Of a stretch of 63,979 bases of DNA, positions 1 to 15,539 are shown in pieces. Made by a program: the position numbers and the translations under genes. Origin of the DNA: Octopus sinensis (lineage: Eukaryota); NCBI RefSeq assembly GCF_006345805.1, contig NC_043001.1, positions 76,074,001 to 76,137,979 on the forward strand, in the 5' to 3' direction. The notes beneath the pieces are model-generated. The model was not told the origin of the DNA and searched no databases. It worked only from the letters and a program-made list of their open reading frames with translations. Within the stretch, counting starts at the first letter, position 1; each line of letters opens with the position of its first letter.

Positions 1-134
1 TGAATAGGATATAAACGGTACGGATGTGAATGCGTATATGCATGTGTTGACTATTTATATGTATGTATGTATGTGTGTGTATGTGTATGAGTTTGTGTGA
101 GTTCGCGTTTTTGTGTGTGAGAGTGTGTGAGCTT

Positions 135-167
<33 letters not shown>

Positions 168-1256
168 CGTGCGTGTGTGTGCGCGCGCGTGCGTGCGTGT
201 GTGTGCGCGCGCGCGTGTGTCTATATTGTGTTTATATCCATGTTTGTATGTCAGCTGTAGAACAGATATACGGGTATCTTGGAAGTGAACACTTTAGCTT
301 GGGTACATATTTAAATATGTACATATGCCACAATAATATTTACATATTTACACGCGATTTATACACACATACACACACTCACACACACACACACTCACGC
401 ACACACAAATACCCCGACACCCACTAGCGCGCGCACGCACGCATTATATATTCTATTTCCATTATCAAGATTCCGTATCATATTCGCTAAAGACACAATC
501 GTTTGATTACAAAATCTTCCGTTGCTCTTGTAAGTCGTTACAGGAGTCTCCTTTATCGAGACAGACATTCCACTATGTTATTTAAGTTCTTTAGTTTCTT
601 TTAGCTTTAGCCATCACGCCCAAGACCAGGCTGTAGCCCTGCCTTCAAAAACTATCTTCAGAAGTAAAATAAATATTACACTAAAGTCTGTTTTGGCTTT
701 CTAAATTTGATGAATAGTCGAGCGGTAAAAGAGCTCACTTCGCAATTAAAGGCTTCGGGTCCGATACCCCAGCGGCAGAATCTTAGCCAAGCGTTTTCTA
801 CCAGAGACCTCGGTTGACTAATGCCACGTGGGTAGAATTCAGTCGACGGAAACTACGCAGAAGCCCATATATGTGTGTGTGTGTGCGTGTGAGTGTGTGT
901 GTGCGCGTGCGCGGGAGCATGTGTATAATTCTTTATCTTTTCTCTTTTAATTGTTTCAGTCAATGGACTGCCGCCATACTGGGGCTCTACCTTCAACAGT
1001 TTAGTTGAACAAATTGATACCAGCACTTAATTTTTAAAGTCTCTCTGCCCTTTCTACCGAACAACTACGTTACGGGGACGTAAATAAACCAACATCGGTT
1101 GCCATGCGGTGGTAAGGAACAAAAACAAACATAAAGACACACACACACAGATATATACATGCATATGTACATACACGCACAGACATATATGTGTGTGCGT
1201 GTATGTATATATTTTTTTTAATTTCCTTTCTATCAACACTTCAAATGTAAAATTCT

Positions 1257-1347
1257 TCCCTGAAGACGGAGGATGGTGTTATCCGATGATGGAATCAATT
1301 TACAATCATTATTTTCGACCACATAGCCCCCAGAAACAGCCGTTGGA
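1257..1347 (+). ncRNA. Degenerate hammerhead-like motif with long stem II
   Basis: TCC-CTGAAGA-CGGAGG...CCCCCA-GAAA-CAGCCG-TT-GGA. CAGCCG is one change from palindromic CAGCTG. Confidence 0.45.
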
Positions 1348-1452
1348 CTCGAAAAACTCTTATTCAACCCCTTTAATTCCTGATATGATTTCTATTCCCT
1401 GTAAGTCGGACCTTTTCAAATGTAAGCATATGTACATTTTCTGTATTATATG

Positions 1453-2004
1453 TGTAAGGATCTAGTTTGAACCTGCGTGAGATTTGAAACCAAATCCACC
1501 TGCTAGTTGCTTGTCAAAACGAGCAGGAATTTCCTCTCCACACCAGATGATTGATGGGGAAACATTCCCCCCTTAGGACCTGTGCTGGTCAAGAAAAGGT
1601 CAGTCCTTTGTTTAAGGTTTGACTACATTACTAACCATAGTCTATATAACAGAGAGAATTTTCTATCTCTTCCTCTTTTGTGCCAGCCAGACCAAAGAGC
1701 AACACCTACTCTTGCGTCAGTCTTAACCAAGAGCAGCTCTTTCCTTCGTCTTTCGCTCGATATGCGAAGTGAGGCTTTCGACTGCAAGAAAGGCGATGCA
1801 GCCTTAATCCTTTCTTCCTTTCTAGTCAGCACCATTCATTCCTTACGCTTTCACTCTTTACTGACAGACAAGCTTTTTCTATACTATCAACGACTAACCA
1901 GCGAGCCATCCTTGTTGTCACTATCACTAGAGTTGTTACTGTCTCTTTAACTACCCTACATTTACTTCTATACCCACTCAAGTTTAAATCTCTTGAGCAT
2001 TACA
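1453..2004. mobile_element. Probable solo LTR (552 bp)
   Basis: Termini are TGTAA...TTACA. Flanks ATATG / AAATG form a 5-bp TSD with one mismatch. The interior is complex and non-microsatellite. Confidence 0.55.
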
Positions 2005-2091
2005 AAATGTATTCTATGAGGAGAAACATGTCATTTGCATATATATATATTTATATACATACATACATACATACATACATACATACATACA

Positions 2092-2122
<31 letters not shown>

Positions 2123-3328
2123 GCATGCATGCATATATACATAGATATATTCACACACGTAAACACATATATGTATGTGAACGTGTTTATGTGTGCGTGT
2201 AGGTGTGTGTGTCTGTATCTTTGCGCGTGTTTGTGCGTGTGTGCAAGACTGAGTATCAGCAAATGATATGCTTCAAATTTTGGCACAAGGCCAGAAATTT
2301 TTGTAGTAGGCAAGTTGATTACATCAACCCCAGTGTTTAACTGTTACTTATTTTATCCACCCCGAAATGAAAGGTAAAGTCGACCTCGGTAGAATTTGAA
2401 GTCAGATCGTAAAAACGGACGAAATGCCGCTAAGCATTTTCTCCAGCTTCCTTAACGATCCTGCCACCTCGCCGCCTTAATCAGTAAATGATATATACAT
2501 CGGTGAGAAAATTTGTCGATACCAGCCGCCGCCACCACCGCGTTCAAACAAAAATACTGCGTGGTATTTATTCCAATGAATTTCTACAGACACTCTCTTG
2601 TCGCTCACTATTAACAACAGAAATACAGTGAGAAGCAACGATTGGTCAGTAGGGAAACTATAACCAATGGCATTATCGTTCACAGAATGCATGATATTTT
2701 TAAAAATACATGAAACTCGGTAGACAGGGTTCTAAGTTAACTGCAGTACTGCGCACGTTTTGAACTGTCTCTGGATTCAAATTTCATTAAATGTATAATC
2801 AGTGTTTGTTTAACTCTGGTTACCATCATATCAAGAATAAATATATCAAAGCTATATATAAAAAGGGTAAAATGATAGTGTTGTTAAACCAGTTGTGACG
2901 AGAACTTAACGAAGTTTGAAACGTAGTAACTTCATTGTACTAACGAAAATATACAGTTATATCGCCTAACTTTCATTCCACACTAAAAGACATGTTGTAT
3001 CATATACATATGCACATGCATATAAATACCTACATACATATATCTATACGCACACACATATATTTATAAACATATACGTATATATACATATATACATATA
3101 TGATACACATACATATTTACATATATTTATATATGTATATATGTATATGTGCGTGTGCACACGCGTATATATGCATATACATACATACAGACATATATAC
3201 ATTCATACATACACTCGCACAGAGACGCATACTGCACATATACACGCACTCTCATACACTCTCATATATATGTACTCATATATATACATATATATATATA
3301 TATATGTATGTATGTATGTATGTATATA

Positions 3329-3372
<44 letters not shown>

Positions 3373-3686
3373 TATATATATATATACATATATGTGTATA
3401 AATATATATATTATATATATATATATATGTGTATGTGTGTGTGTGTTAGTGTGTGTAGGTGTATTAGTAATTTATTACTAATTCTCAACCCAACACTGCC
3501 ATGTTAAATTAACTCACCCACGTGTGAGTATTACACTTCTATTTAGCTATGAGTTGTTCATTCTTGGTGACACGGTGAACGAGGTTAAATAAACTCCATC
3601 AACAACGAAACGAAGGTCAAAGTGACAGAAAGTTAGAGGCCCTTTTTTGTCACACACACATGCTCACACACAAACATTCGCATACT

Positions 3687-3734
<48 letters not shown>

Positions 3735-3735
3735 C

Positions 3736-3825
<90 letters not shown>

Positions 3826-4625
3826 TACGAGATGTAGTCAAAAAATATCCGACCTTGATTTTTTTTTTGCACAAAATAATGCGTGAGCAAAATCCGTATG
3901 GATATTAGATGGCCGCGTTCTTCCTGAGCCTGCGCAATGTTTTTCGTGTCTGTAGATTACGCCATTTGCCCGCAGTGATGAGTTGTGTACAGACATGAAG
4001 AGCGATTTTTCTTTTTGAGTCAAGATGACCGACCTCATTAAGCAAAGGTGCTGTATCAAATTCAGCCAAAAACTTGATGATACGAAAGCCCCCACTATGG
4101 AGGAGATTCAGAAGGCTTTTCGAGATGATGCTTTGGGAAAAACAGAAATAAAGGCGTGATACAAATGGTTTAAAGATGGCCGCACCTCAGTAGACAGTGA
4201 GCCACATTGTGGCCAGACAATTAACAATGAATACTACCTGGGAGTTATTCGTTACCTTCGTGAAGCTGTGCGGCGAAAACGACCTGATATGTTGGCAGCA
4301 AAGAACTGGAAACTCCATCATGACAACGCAGCTACTCATTCTGCCCACGTCGTCCAAGCTTTCCGCCTCGAGCAAAACTCACCACTTGTTTGTCGGGCTT
4401 CCAGATTTGGCTTGATGTAACTTTTAGCTATTCCCAAAGCTCAGAGAAACACTCGAAGGTAGAAGATTTGAGTCAACAGAGGACATTAAGCAAAATTCGA
4501 CAGCACACCTCTACAGCATCCCAAAAAGTGATTTCCAGAAATGTTTCCAGCAGTGGCAGGAACGCTAGCAAGGGTGTGAAGACTCCCAAAGCGAATACTT
4601 TGAAGCAGACTAAATCAAAATGCTG
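3826..4625 (+). mobile_element. Internally deleted, decayed mariner transposon
   Basis: KQRCCIKF...YKWFKDGRTSVDSEP, REAVRRKRPD...WKLHHDNA, PDLA..F.LFPKL and FQKCFQQWQER motifs across frames. Starts at TA. Confidence 0.8.
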
Positions 4626-4645
4626 AGTTTTTTTAATATCACTAG

Positions 4646-4711
<66 letters not shown>

Positions 4712-6110
4712 GTTCATGCCATGGTTTATTATTCCGTATTTAGTGCGTCCAGTATTTGAAAACGCCAGAAACGCTGGTGCAATAGTTTCGAACAGTGAGG
4801 ATGAGTTGCTCAGTACTGCATATCGTGGGTAAATATTCTTTATTTGTGGATTAACAAGGCTGCCAGTGGTTTCATGTGGAAGGAGTTTCCACAATTTTCA
4901 AGCGATCCAGAGAAAATATTGGTCGTCGCTTCATACTTACATATATACATACACAAAATGTGCGTATTTATATCTTTACATATATGTATGTGTGTGTTTG
5001 CGTGTATATGTATGTATGTCACTCACACACACATGTCATCTCCCAGTGGAAACTTATTGTAAAGCAGATAATCATGTCTTCATAATATTAGGAGGGATTA
5101 GAAATTAGGATTTAAAATGCAGGAATTATAAGGAAAACGATGCATAAAATTCACATATTAATTGTCTTTTTACTCATCACAAACTTCGTAATATTATTAG
5201 TGTGTGGCAATCTCATTCTTTTTAGAAATCGTCAGTATGATATAACTTTGGTTATATTTATTAAACAACTTATTAAGCAAGATACTACTTATAAACCGAA
5301 AATAATTAGTCTAAAATACATTCAAGGAACGGGTGTCTGTCTTTTTTATTTCTTCACAGAGCATTCGTAGATTATCAATCGAGAGAAAAGAAAAGCAGGA
5401 GAGTGAAACTTCTTAGTGTCTGCATACATAATATACATACATGCACACACACGCGCGCACACACAATCACACTGGATATTATAAAGAAATTATTACCACC
5501 CTTGTAATAACAGCTCATAATGGGATAATACATGGTTTGAAAAACTAACCGTTAATTCGAATACACTCTGTTGAAATCGATGACGATCTTTAAGTCGCTA
5601 CGGTTTAAAAAATGCTTCTTCCTCGACGTAACATATTATTATTTTGAATTTGCCGCTTGAAACCAACATCTACATCTCAAAAAATGTATTAAAACAGCTT
5701 CTGAATTTTGTTTGGGGCTAAAACTAAAAATCATAAGTACTACAAGACACCTTCACAATATAGAATGTCTTTAAGCATACATCTGCTGGACCCGTTCCAT
5801 TATTTTAGGGATATTTAAGGGAAAAAGTTATCAAATGTGTACTTCTTATTTTTATAGACTATACTGTGATTTTAGGGATATTCTACTATTAATTTGTGTA
5901 GGCTTAGTGACCATTGCAATGGCTCTCTTTCTGGAGAAGGTAACAGAGAGAAGCTGAATACTATTTGTTATTATTACAATTGGTATAGGAGTTATATATT
6001 GTTTTCAACTAAAATGCATGGTAAAAAGGACTTCCATATCTCACCGAAGCGGTTCGACAGACATTTCGTTTGGATAAAATACTGAGATTCTACACTTGTA
6101 TTACTGAGTC

Positions 6111-6272
6111 GAGGGTGGTTTTAGCAGCATTATAGGCGCCCGGGCAAATCAATGCACTGGGCCCTATAGCATGTAGTTATTGACTGCAAGCCACAACATA
6201 CAAAGATCAGGATTGGGCCCCTTGACCCATGGGGTCAACTGCCCAAAGTGTCCACATCTTAAGACGACACTG
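6111..6272. mobile_element. Small degenerate hAT-like MITE
   Basis: GAGGGTGGTTTTAG...TTAAGACGACACTG imperfect termini around a GC-rich interior with GGGCCC motifs. Confidence 0.35.
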
Positions 6273-6670
6273 ATTTAGTCCTTTATTACCTAACAGTACT
6301 CGTTGATTTTAAGGCTTGTCAGGCTTCTCACAAACGCTGAATATGTGAGCTATATTAGTTTCAAATGTTGGCACTAGGCCAGCAATTTCGAGGGAGGGGT
6401 AAGTCGATTACATTGACCTCAGCGTTCGATTGGCACTTACTTTATTGACCCCGAAGATATGAAAGGCAAAGTCGACTCCGGTGGAGTTTGAACTCAGAAA
6501 GTGAAGACGAACTAAATGCTACAAAGCATTTTGCCAGGCTTGCTCACGATTCTGCCAGCTCGTCATCTTCAGTATGTGAGTTATGTTAATATCGATTGTG
6601 TCATGTTTAGTGATAATGATATATAATATACAGAGAGTAGTGCTATCGATTAAATCCCCACCCTCTAGTA

Positions 6671-7182
6671 CAGTGGTTCTCAACCTGGGTCCACACTGGC
6701 CTTTAGGAGCCCATATAAGATTTTACTGTTAAAAGATGTTACTGTTAAATGTGCAAGAAATTGGTTATACTTCTACAGGACACAAAATATGTTAACCATT
6801 TTTTCTTTTTCATGCAAATCCTAATATTTAATTATAAAAACATAATGGCACTTTAATTTAACATCTATTGGCGAGCTGGCAGAATCGTTAGCACGCCGGA
6901 CGAAATGCTTAGCGGTGTTTCGTCTGCCGCTACGTTCTGAGTTCAAATACCGCCGAGGTTGACTTTACCTTTCATCCTTTTCGGGGTCGATTAATAAGTA
7001 CCAGTTACACACTGGGGTCGATGTAATCCAATTAATTCTTTTGACTGTTCTTGTTTGTCCTCTTTATGTTTAAACCCCTGTGGGCAATAAAGAAATTTAA
7101 AAAAATTAACGTATAATACATATTGGGGATTCAGTAGAAGAATTAAAGGGATCCATAGACAAAAAATGATTGAGAACAACCG
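6671..7182. mobile_element. hAT (Charlie-like) MITE interrupted by a SINE (6869-7095)
   Basis: TIRs CAGTGGTTCTCAA / TTGAGAACAACCG. 8-bp TSD CTCTAGTA / CTCTATTA. Confidence 0.7.
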
Positions 7183-8191
7183 CTCTATTATGTAAGTGAC
7201 ATTCGTTTTATCGACCCTGCTATGATGAAAAACCCTCGTTGAAATCAAAATATAAGTAGAAAGATTTGACGAAATATCGCCGGTCAATGTTCTTCAATGT
7301 TATATTTTTTTATTTTTTTTATTTTTCTTATTCATAATATTTTTCTTATTTGTTACTCAAGTACGACGGTCAGCGAAAAAATTGTTAACGCGTGAGACAA
7401 AACGCTTAGCGATATTTCATCCGGATCATCTTGTTTTCAGTTGAAATCCCGCTGAGGTTGACTTTGCATTTTGGATTTGATAAAATAGATACCAATGGAG
7501 CACTAGAGTAGATGTACTCGACCTTCTCTTTTAAATGCTGGCTTTGTGCCAAAATTAGAAAGGATATTATTTGCTCAAGGAAAGTAGGGTAGCGCACGTG
7601 ACCGTTACAGAACTTCCTCCTAGAATAATCATTATCACCATCATCAATAACTAAACATTACTGTCTCGAGTCCTAAGTGACCGAAATCCTAATATTCCTC
7701 TTGGATGGGACATCAGTCTGCCGAATCGAAACAAGGATCTTGTGATCGGGAGTGCAACATCCTAAACACTAGACCACACGCTTTCACTCCTCGTAGAATA
7801 GCACATGACTAGGGTGAGGGTTGAAACCGGAATCTAGATAAAGTCAAATGACTCTAAAGACATTCAAGTACTTTGCGCGCTACTCATGTTGACATCCATT
7901 GCCGTCAAAAGGAATTAAAGTGTCTTAATTTTCTTGCAGTATAGGTTAATGCTGTGAAGGGAGACAACTGGTGCTTACATATTGTAAATAGAACTGTTCT
8001 TATAAGAGCGAGTATTAGGAAATATATGCATAGCCATTATTTTGAATTTATATTTCATATTATAAACATATAGTTCCTGATTCTGTGGGGTACACTAGGT
8101 ATGTAAGGTGGGTGGGGAGGGAATCATAAACATGTTGTAAATAACAAGTTAGGTCATTTTTGTATGTAAATATTAATGTATGTATGTATGT

Positions 8192-8228
<37 letters not shown>

Positions 8229-9269
8229 GATAGATAGATAGATAGATAGATACATTTTAGCAATAGTTTTAAAAAGAAGTTCATCATCCTTGAATTCATA
8301 TCACTATAGAAATACAAATATGTGGTGTGTGTGTGGTGTGTGTGTGTGTACGTGTGTGTATCTGCATGTGTGTATCTGCATGTGTGTGTGTGTACGTGTG
8401 TGTATCTGTGTGTGAATGTCTGTGCATGTGCGTCTAAGTGTGTATCTCCATGTGTGCGTGCGTGTGTTTATCTATGTTTATGCATGTGTGTATTTATGCG
8501 TGCGTTTGTATGTGTGTGTGTGAGTTTCATACAGAGGAAGATAGTAAGTAAATGCACGAATAAAACATAGTTATCTAAGTGACATCTGTTCCTTTTTGTT
8601 CCTTTTTATGTTTAGTTGTATATCTTCCATCATTTACTTGTTGCAGTCACTGGACTGCAGCCACTTCGGACGAATCGATTGCAGTACATTTTTTTAATTT
8701 TTTTAACCGGGTAGTTATTCTATCGTTCTCTCGCTGAACTACCAAGTTACGGAGACGTAAACAAACCAGCACCGGTTGTCAAGCGATGGTTTGGGATGAA
8801 CAGAAACTCCAAAACACACTATGTATGTGTGTGTGTCTTTGTGTTTGTCTCCGATCACCGCTTGATAACCGGTGTTTGCGTGTCTACGTCCCACCCGTAA
8901 CTTAGCGGTTCAGCAAAAGAGACTGATAGAATAAGTACTAGGTCTTAAAAATAAACTTTGGGGTCGATTTGCTTGGCTAAAATCTCTCAAGACGGTGCTC
9001 TAGCATCGCCGCAGTCAAATGACTGAAACAAGTGAAAGATACAAGAACTTAAAAGAATGTATGTATGTATGTATGTATGTATGTATGTATGTATGTATGT
9101 ATGTATGTATGCGACGGGCTTCTTTCAGTTTGCGTCTACCAAATCCACTCACAAAACTATAGTAGAAGACATCTACCGAAAGTGTCACGAAGTGGAACTA
9201 AACCTAGAACATTGATGTTGGCACACAAATTACTTAACAGCCTGAAAATAACAGTAGTAAAGTTTTAGC

Positions 9270-9369
<100 letters not shown>

Positions 9370-9462
9370 AACTTACTTAGAAAAGGATGCGTGGCGTTCG
9401 ATCATATAATAATATAAATATATATAAATATATGCATATATACATACATATATGTATATACC

Positions 9463-9493
<31 letters not shown>

Positions 9494-9989
9494 CTATATA
9501 TAATATATATATATATATATACATACATATATGGGTAAATGACATAGAAAAAACGTAGACGAAATGAGAAACGAGAATGTAAAAAACAAAAGCATAGAAA
9601 ACGAACTTTTGTTCGAACGAGAAAATCAAACAGAAAAACGAGACATGCAACATAAAGAAATTCCCTTCATCAGTTGTCCCCTGTTTTATCTACTCCGCGT
9701 CTCGAAGTTAAAGACAAGATGCGACTTCGTTAAAACAGTCCTTCCCGCAAAGCAAATTAATTTAAAATCTGTGCTTTTTTGCGGAGGGTAATAAAAACAG
9801 GGCAGTGAGAACAAAACAGTAACGGTGAGGGTTGTTAAGCCAAGACGATGTGAAGTGGTGAACACAGGAAAAACGAACTTTGAAAAGAGACAGATAAACG
9901 GCGTTCGATGCTTCCTAGGGCTATACAGCGGTGGTGTACCCCCTACTGTCACGTTCTTGTTAGATTGACAATATACAACGATTCTATAT

Positions 9990-10043
<54 letters not shown>

Positions 10044-10998
10044 ACGCACGAACATATTTGAGTTCACACACGTGAGTAAAACTTCTTAATAAGGAGAGAT
10101 TAATTATTATTGATTCATTTGAAGCTAATGATTAATTTTCATAAATCAGTTTCCATGGAAGGAAAGACGGAAGTCTATTACTTGGACATATTTTCTACAC
10201 CCTCCACCAAAATTCCCTTATTGAAGTTTCATAACACTATGGGATCGTTAGATTCTTAAAGCGGCGTGATTCATTTATCTAGGAACTAAGTTATATTACC
10301 ATGTGCTGTTCTATCATAACATGGACGTATTCATTACCATAATTAACATTATCATTTACCATCAACATCATTATCTTTTTGCCCATCACCGACACTACCA
10401 CCAACATCATTATCACCATCATCATTAACACAACCATCGATGCCGTTGCTAACAGATATATCACACACACACACGCACACGCATACTCACGCAACTATAG
10501 GTGTGCATGTGTGTGTATGCGCGCGCGTGTGTACATAGGTATTTAGAAACTGCAGAGGATTGAAGCAAATAAGTGTGTGTGTGTATTTATTTATTTAATT
10601 ATTCATATATATACATTTACATATCTATACGAGAAGAAAATGGATGTAAATAACAAGGGGAAACACGTCGTTTTCCCTGGCATACCTTTAATCTCTTCTT
10701 TGTTATCTAATTACATTAAAGGCATACCAGCGAAAACTACGAGTTTCCCCTTATTATTTACATCCATTTTCTTCTCGTATATAACCTCACTACAGTCTAC
10801 CAACCAAACTACCTGTTACCGTACAACTTTTTAAAAGACTTTGGACTTAATTATCCCTTAGAGGTATTAAACTCCTCTAACTGATACCTATATTTACATA
10901 TACATACATACCAGGTGTTCCAGTCGCCATGATAGATCTTTATCCACTACACACATTTTTTCTCTCCCTGTTTCTCTCCTTGTTTTGTTTCTGTGTCC

Positions 10999-11034
10999 CT
11001 TTCTGTAGAAGAGCATAGGCTCGAAACGTAAAAG
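10999..11034 (+). ncRNA. Ultra-minimal hammerhead-like motif, same family as 12985-13022
   Basis: CTTT-CTGTAGA-A-GAGC(ATAG)GCTC-GAAA-CG-TA-AAAG. Confidence 0.45.
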
Positions 11035-11166
11035 ACTTTTTCTATTCCTGAGCGTTATATTAATAATCTGTTTATTTTGTACACCACCTGTCTTTCTTTT
11101 GTTTTTCATAAAATCTCCCTATATATATATATATATATTATATATATATATATAGATATATATATC

Positions 11167-11198
<32 letters not shown>

Positions 11199-11419
11199 CT
11201 ATATACTATATACATATATACATATATATACATATATAAGTGTGTGTGTGTGCCAGTTGAGCGCTGGGGTCAATGTAATCGCCTAACCTTCCCTCCCCAC
11301 AAATTCCAGGTGTTGTGCCTATAGTAGAAAGGGTTATTTGCTATCCATGTGGAAATCCTCAAACTTAGTTCGAAAAGGTGGTTCACGAGGACACACCTAG
11401 TGTTGTTATCCTTGTCATA

Positions 11420-12145
11420 TACGACGTGGTATCAAATGCTTCCAGGACTAATTATGTTTAATCAAAAATAACTTATTTACCTAAGTTTTAACATCATCGC
11501 CTTCGAAATAATCACCTTGCAGAGCAATACACCGATCCCAGCGTTCCTGTCACTTTTGGAATCCAGCCTGAGATTTGTTTTCCGTAGGCGAGTCGGGGAC
11601 CTTCTGCGATTCGCTCTGGATATCAACAACAGTGTTAAAACGGCGACCTTTCAGTTGCATTTTCATCTTGGGGAAGAGATGGAAGTCCGCAGATGCTAAA
11701 TCTGGTGAATAGAACGGATGCGGAAGTGATACCATGTTGTGTTTGCCAAGAAACTCACGAGTGAGAAGAGCTTGGTGACAGAGCGCATTGCCGTCGCGAA
11801 GGATCTAATACTTCGCACTCCTCAGATCCAGTGGCTTTCAACCGAATGTCCTCCCTCAAACGCTTCAAAACGGCGCAGTAGAACTTTCGGTTAACGGTCT
11901 GGCCCTGGAGAACGAATACTCGATACACAATACCACATTTCTGGGGTTGACGCTGGCGACAGGTCTTCCAGATTGTCCATCGTTTTCTAGGGACCTTCTT
12001 CTGCTTCGTCGCCGTAAGCTTACCGAGGCATGCTCAATGTATCTGTAGCAGGTTTAACGAAAAATTCCGCGTTAGCTCTCACTGCGCACGCTCTCATCGG
12101 GCGCGCTACAGACCAAACCCGGGAACTTTTATATACAACCTCATA
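11420..12145 (-). mobile_element. Decayed mariner transposon
   Basis: LPHPFYSPDLASADFHLFPKMKMQLKGRRF in ORF 11550-11735. Both ends resemble TIRs. Confidence 0.8.
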
Positions 12146-12776
12146 CTTTAATATGTGTGTGTGTATGCATGCATGTATGTCCATATGCATGTCATTCCAA
12201 TCACAATCTTCAAAATTACTCAGGTTACATTAAGTCATCCCGTCGTGCAATAAGGTTTTTATCTGTTAGCAAGATACGTCTAGCTTTCGAATTCGTCTCC
12301 TTCATTTGTAGATATGGCTGTTCGCTTACACGCTTCATGACATGGAGAAGTGCATTTACGTTACAACCTCCCGTTACTACTCACCCTTTAAATCTTAAAT
12401 TATATACGTTTCACGATTTAACTCCGCCATGTACACCTTTGGTGGCATGTAGTAGAATCCACGCTTTTACCCGCATTCAAGTCAAGCTCCCGGTTACACG
12501 ATAGCTTGCTCCTTTCCGTCTAACAGTGTCGGAAACCTTGTGAAGAGAATGCGTTCTACTCTCTAACTGTTCTTTGTCTTATAGTAATTAAAACATTAAG
12601 CAAACATACACTATATAAACACATACACACATACACGCATACACATACATACATACATGCATACATACATACATACATACATACATACATACATACATAC
12701 ATACATGCATGCATACATATTTGAATATATGTAAATATATATACATGTATATATACATACCCATATATGTACAATC

Positions 12777-12838
<62 letters not shown>

Positions 12839-12984
12839 GTGTGGTGTATGTATATATATATATATCTATATATATATATCTATATAATATATATAATATA
12901 TGGCCGAAATCAGATCGCCATGTTGATTCGTTAGTTACTGCACGCATTTTTTTTCTCCTTCTTCTGTGTTTTTTTCTCTGTGTA

Positions 12985-13022
12985 TCTTTCTGTTGAAGGG
13001 CGTAGGCTCGAAACGTTAAAGA
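12985..13022 (+). ncRNA. Ultra-minimal hammerhead-like motif (CTGTTGA core, 2-nt CG stem III)
   Basis: TCTTT-CTGTTGA-A-GGGC(GTAG)GCTC-GAAA-CG-TT-AAAGA. A related copy lies at 10999-11034. Confidence 0.45.
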
Positions 13023-13138
13023 CTTTTTATTTATATTTCCTGAGCGCCATACTAATACAATTGTTTGTTTGTTTTCCACCTGCCTTCGTCTTTGTCTATT
13101 TTCATAAGCTTCCCGTTATATATATATATATATTATAT

Positions 13139-13213
<75 letters not shown>

Positions 13214-13374
13214 GATATATATATATGATACTATATATGTGTATATATATATTATAATATCACATGATCACGTGACCGACCAGATCGTCAGATGTTGTTA
13301 CACATCGCTGGTCACAATGCGTTCGCATTGTTTTAGCCTTCGAATGACGCACCCCCGCTGGCTAAGCGAACAGA

Positions 13375-13477
<103 letters not shown>

Positions 13478-14053
13478 ATATATATATGTATATAAATATA
13501 TATATAAATACATATATATATATATATATTAACCGAATGTTTTCAAACACTACCTGATAAGAATCTCGGACGCCCCCATGTCCCTGGCGATGGACCTCAT
13601 TGACTTGGGGAGATCGTTGTCAATCATGGCCTGGTTCTCACCAACAAATTCAGGAGAACGATCAGAGTGAGTTTTCCGAGCTAGTCCTATTTCTATAGGG
13701 GGGTTCGTGTCTCAGACTAGTGCATGCTTTGATTGGTAGAAATTAGTCAGATAACTAGAAGATAGTGACTGTCACTAGACATGTTCAGTCAACTTACGAT
13801 GCCAAACATTATCACTTGATACTAGCACACGGACGTAGCGAGGCACCTAGAAATATTTCTAAGACCAGTCATATGACTTTCCTCTATCAATCAAGTCCTA
13901 TTCAAAACATATTAATTTGAGCCATGAACTCCCTATAACAATAGCGCAACCTTCAAGCACTAGCCGGAAACGACACAGCTGTGACAACGCCTTTCTATTT
14001 CAAACTTTTGTAAATCAGTGTAAACTGTAAAACCGGTTAAATATTTAAATATC

Positions 14054-14130
<77 letters not shown>

Positions 14131-14145
14131 GCTAATGATATAATA

Positions 14146-14182
<37 letters not shown>

Positions 14183-14266
14183 TAATAATAATAATAATAA
14201 GTTATTTTAACATTCTCAGTGCATTTTCAACTTCTATTTTTCCAATATTTCTACCCGTGTTTGAAC

Positions 14267-14319
<53 letters not shown>

Positions 14320-14801
14320 CTCTTACTCTTACTCTTTTACTCTTTATTTTTTATTGGTTTCTGTCACTTGACTGCGGGCAGGTGGAGCACCGCCTTTAGT
14401 CGAACAAATCGACCCAGGACTTAGTCTTGTAAAGCCTAGTATTTATTCTATCGGTCTCTTTTGCTGAAATGCTAGGTTACGGGGACCTAAAGACACCACT
14501 ATCTGTTGTCAAACGATATTGGGGGAACAAAAACAGACGCACAAACATATACACATACACATATATACATATATACGACGGGCTTCTTTCAGTTTCCGTC
14601 TACCAAATCCACTCACAATGCTTTGGTCGGACCGGGGCTATATTACAAGACACTTGCCCATTCGAAAAAAAGGATGGTAGAATAAGTGTTAGGCTTAAAA
14701 AATTAGTACTGGGATCGAATTGTTCAACTAAAAGAAACCCCTTCAACGCGGTGCCTTTACCATGGCCATAGTCAAATAACTGAAACAAGTAAAAGATATA
14801 T

Positions 14802-14846
<45 letters not shown>

Positions 14847-14956
14847 GAGATAGAGAGGAGATAGAGAGGAGCGAGAGAGAGAACAAGGACGGGTCCTTCG
14901 GAGTTTTCTTTCCTCAGTCGAGTTGCAGATTATCTTATGTAAGTATATATATATCT

Positions 14957-15002
<46 letters not shown>

Positions 15003-15452
15003 GTGTATGTGTGTGTGTACAACAACGGTTAAATAAAGAGACTACATTTACTGAAAAATTTCAACCGCGCCAGAATATAAACTTTTAATCAATTTTGGAC
15101 TATGTAAATATTTTAGTACATAAATTTATACCTTCTTAATCTAAACGTATTCATTTCACTTTCAAAACAGAAAAGGAATTACCTCCCCTGCTTTTAAAAA
15201 GCTTTTCTACTATAGGCACAAGGCCCGACATTTTGGGAGAGGGGTCAGTCGATTGGATCGACTCCAGTACGCAACTGGTAATTAATTTATCGACCCGAAA
15301 GAATGAAAGGCAAAGTCGACCTCTGCGGAATTTGCCCTGTTTTTGATAATAACAAAAATTAAATACCGCCCCTATAATATGAAAAAAACATCTCATAGCC
15401 TGAAATTGTAACGTTATCATTAAATGCAACTATGTAAATATTTTATTTCATA

Positions 15453-15539
<87 letters not shown>

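Noticed and set aside
3542-3621. Hammerhead-like trace (GTTGTT...AACAAC-GAAA); a similar one lies at 25221 (GAAA-CATATG-TA)
   Set aside because: The CUGANGA core is not recognisable, so these are too degenerate to call.
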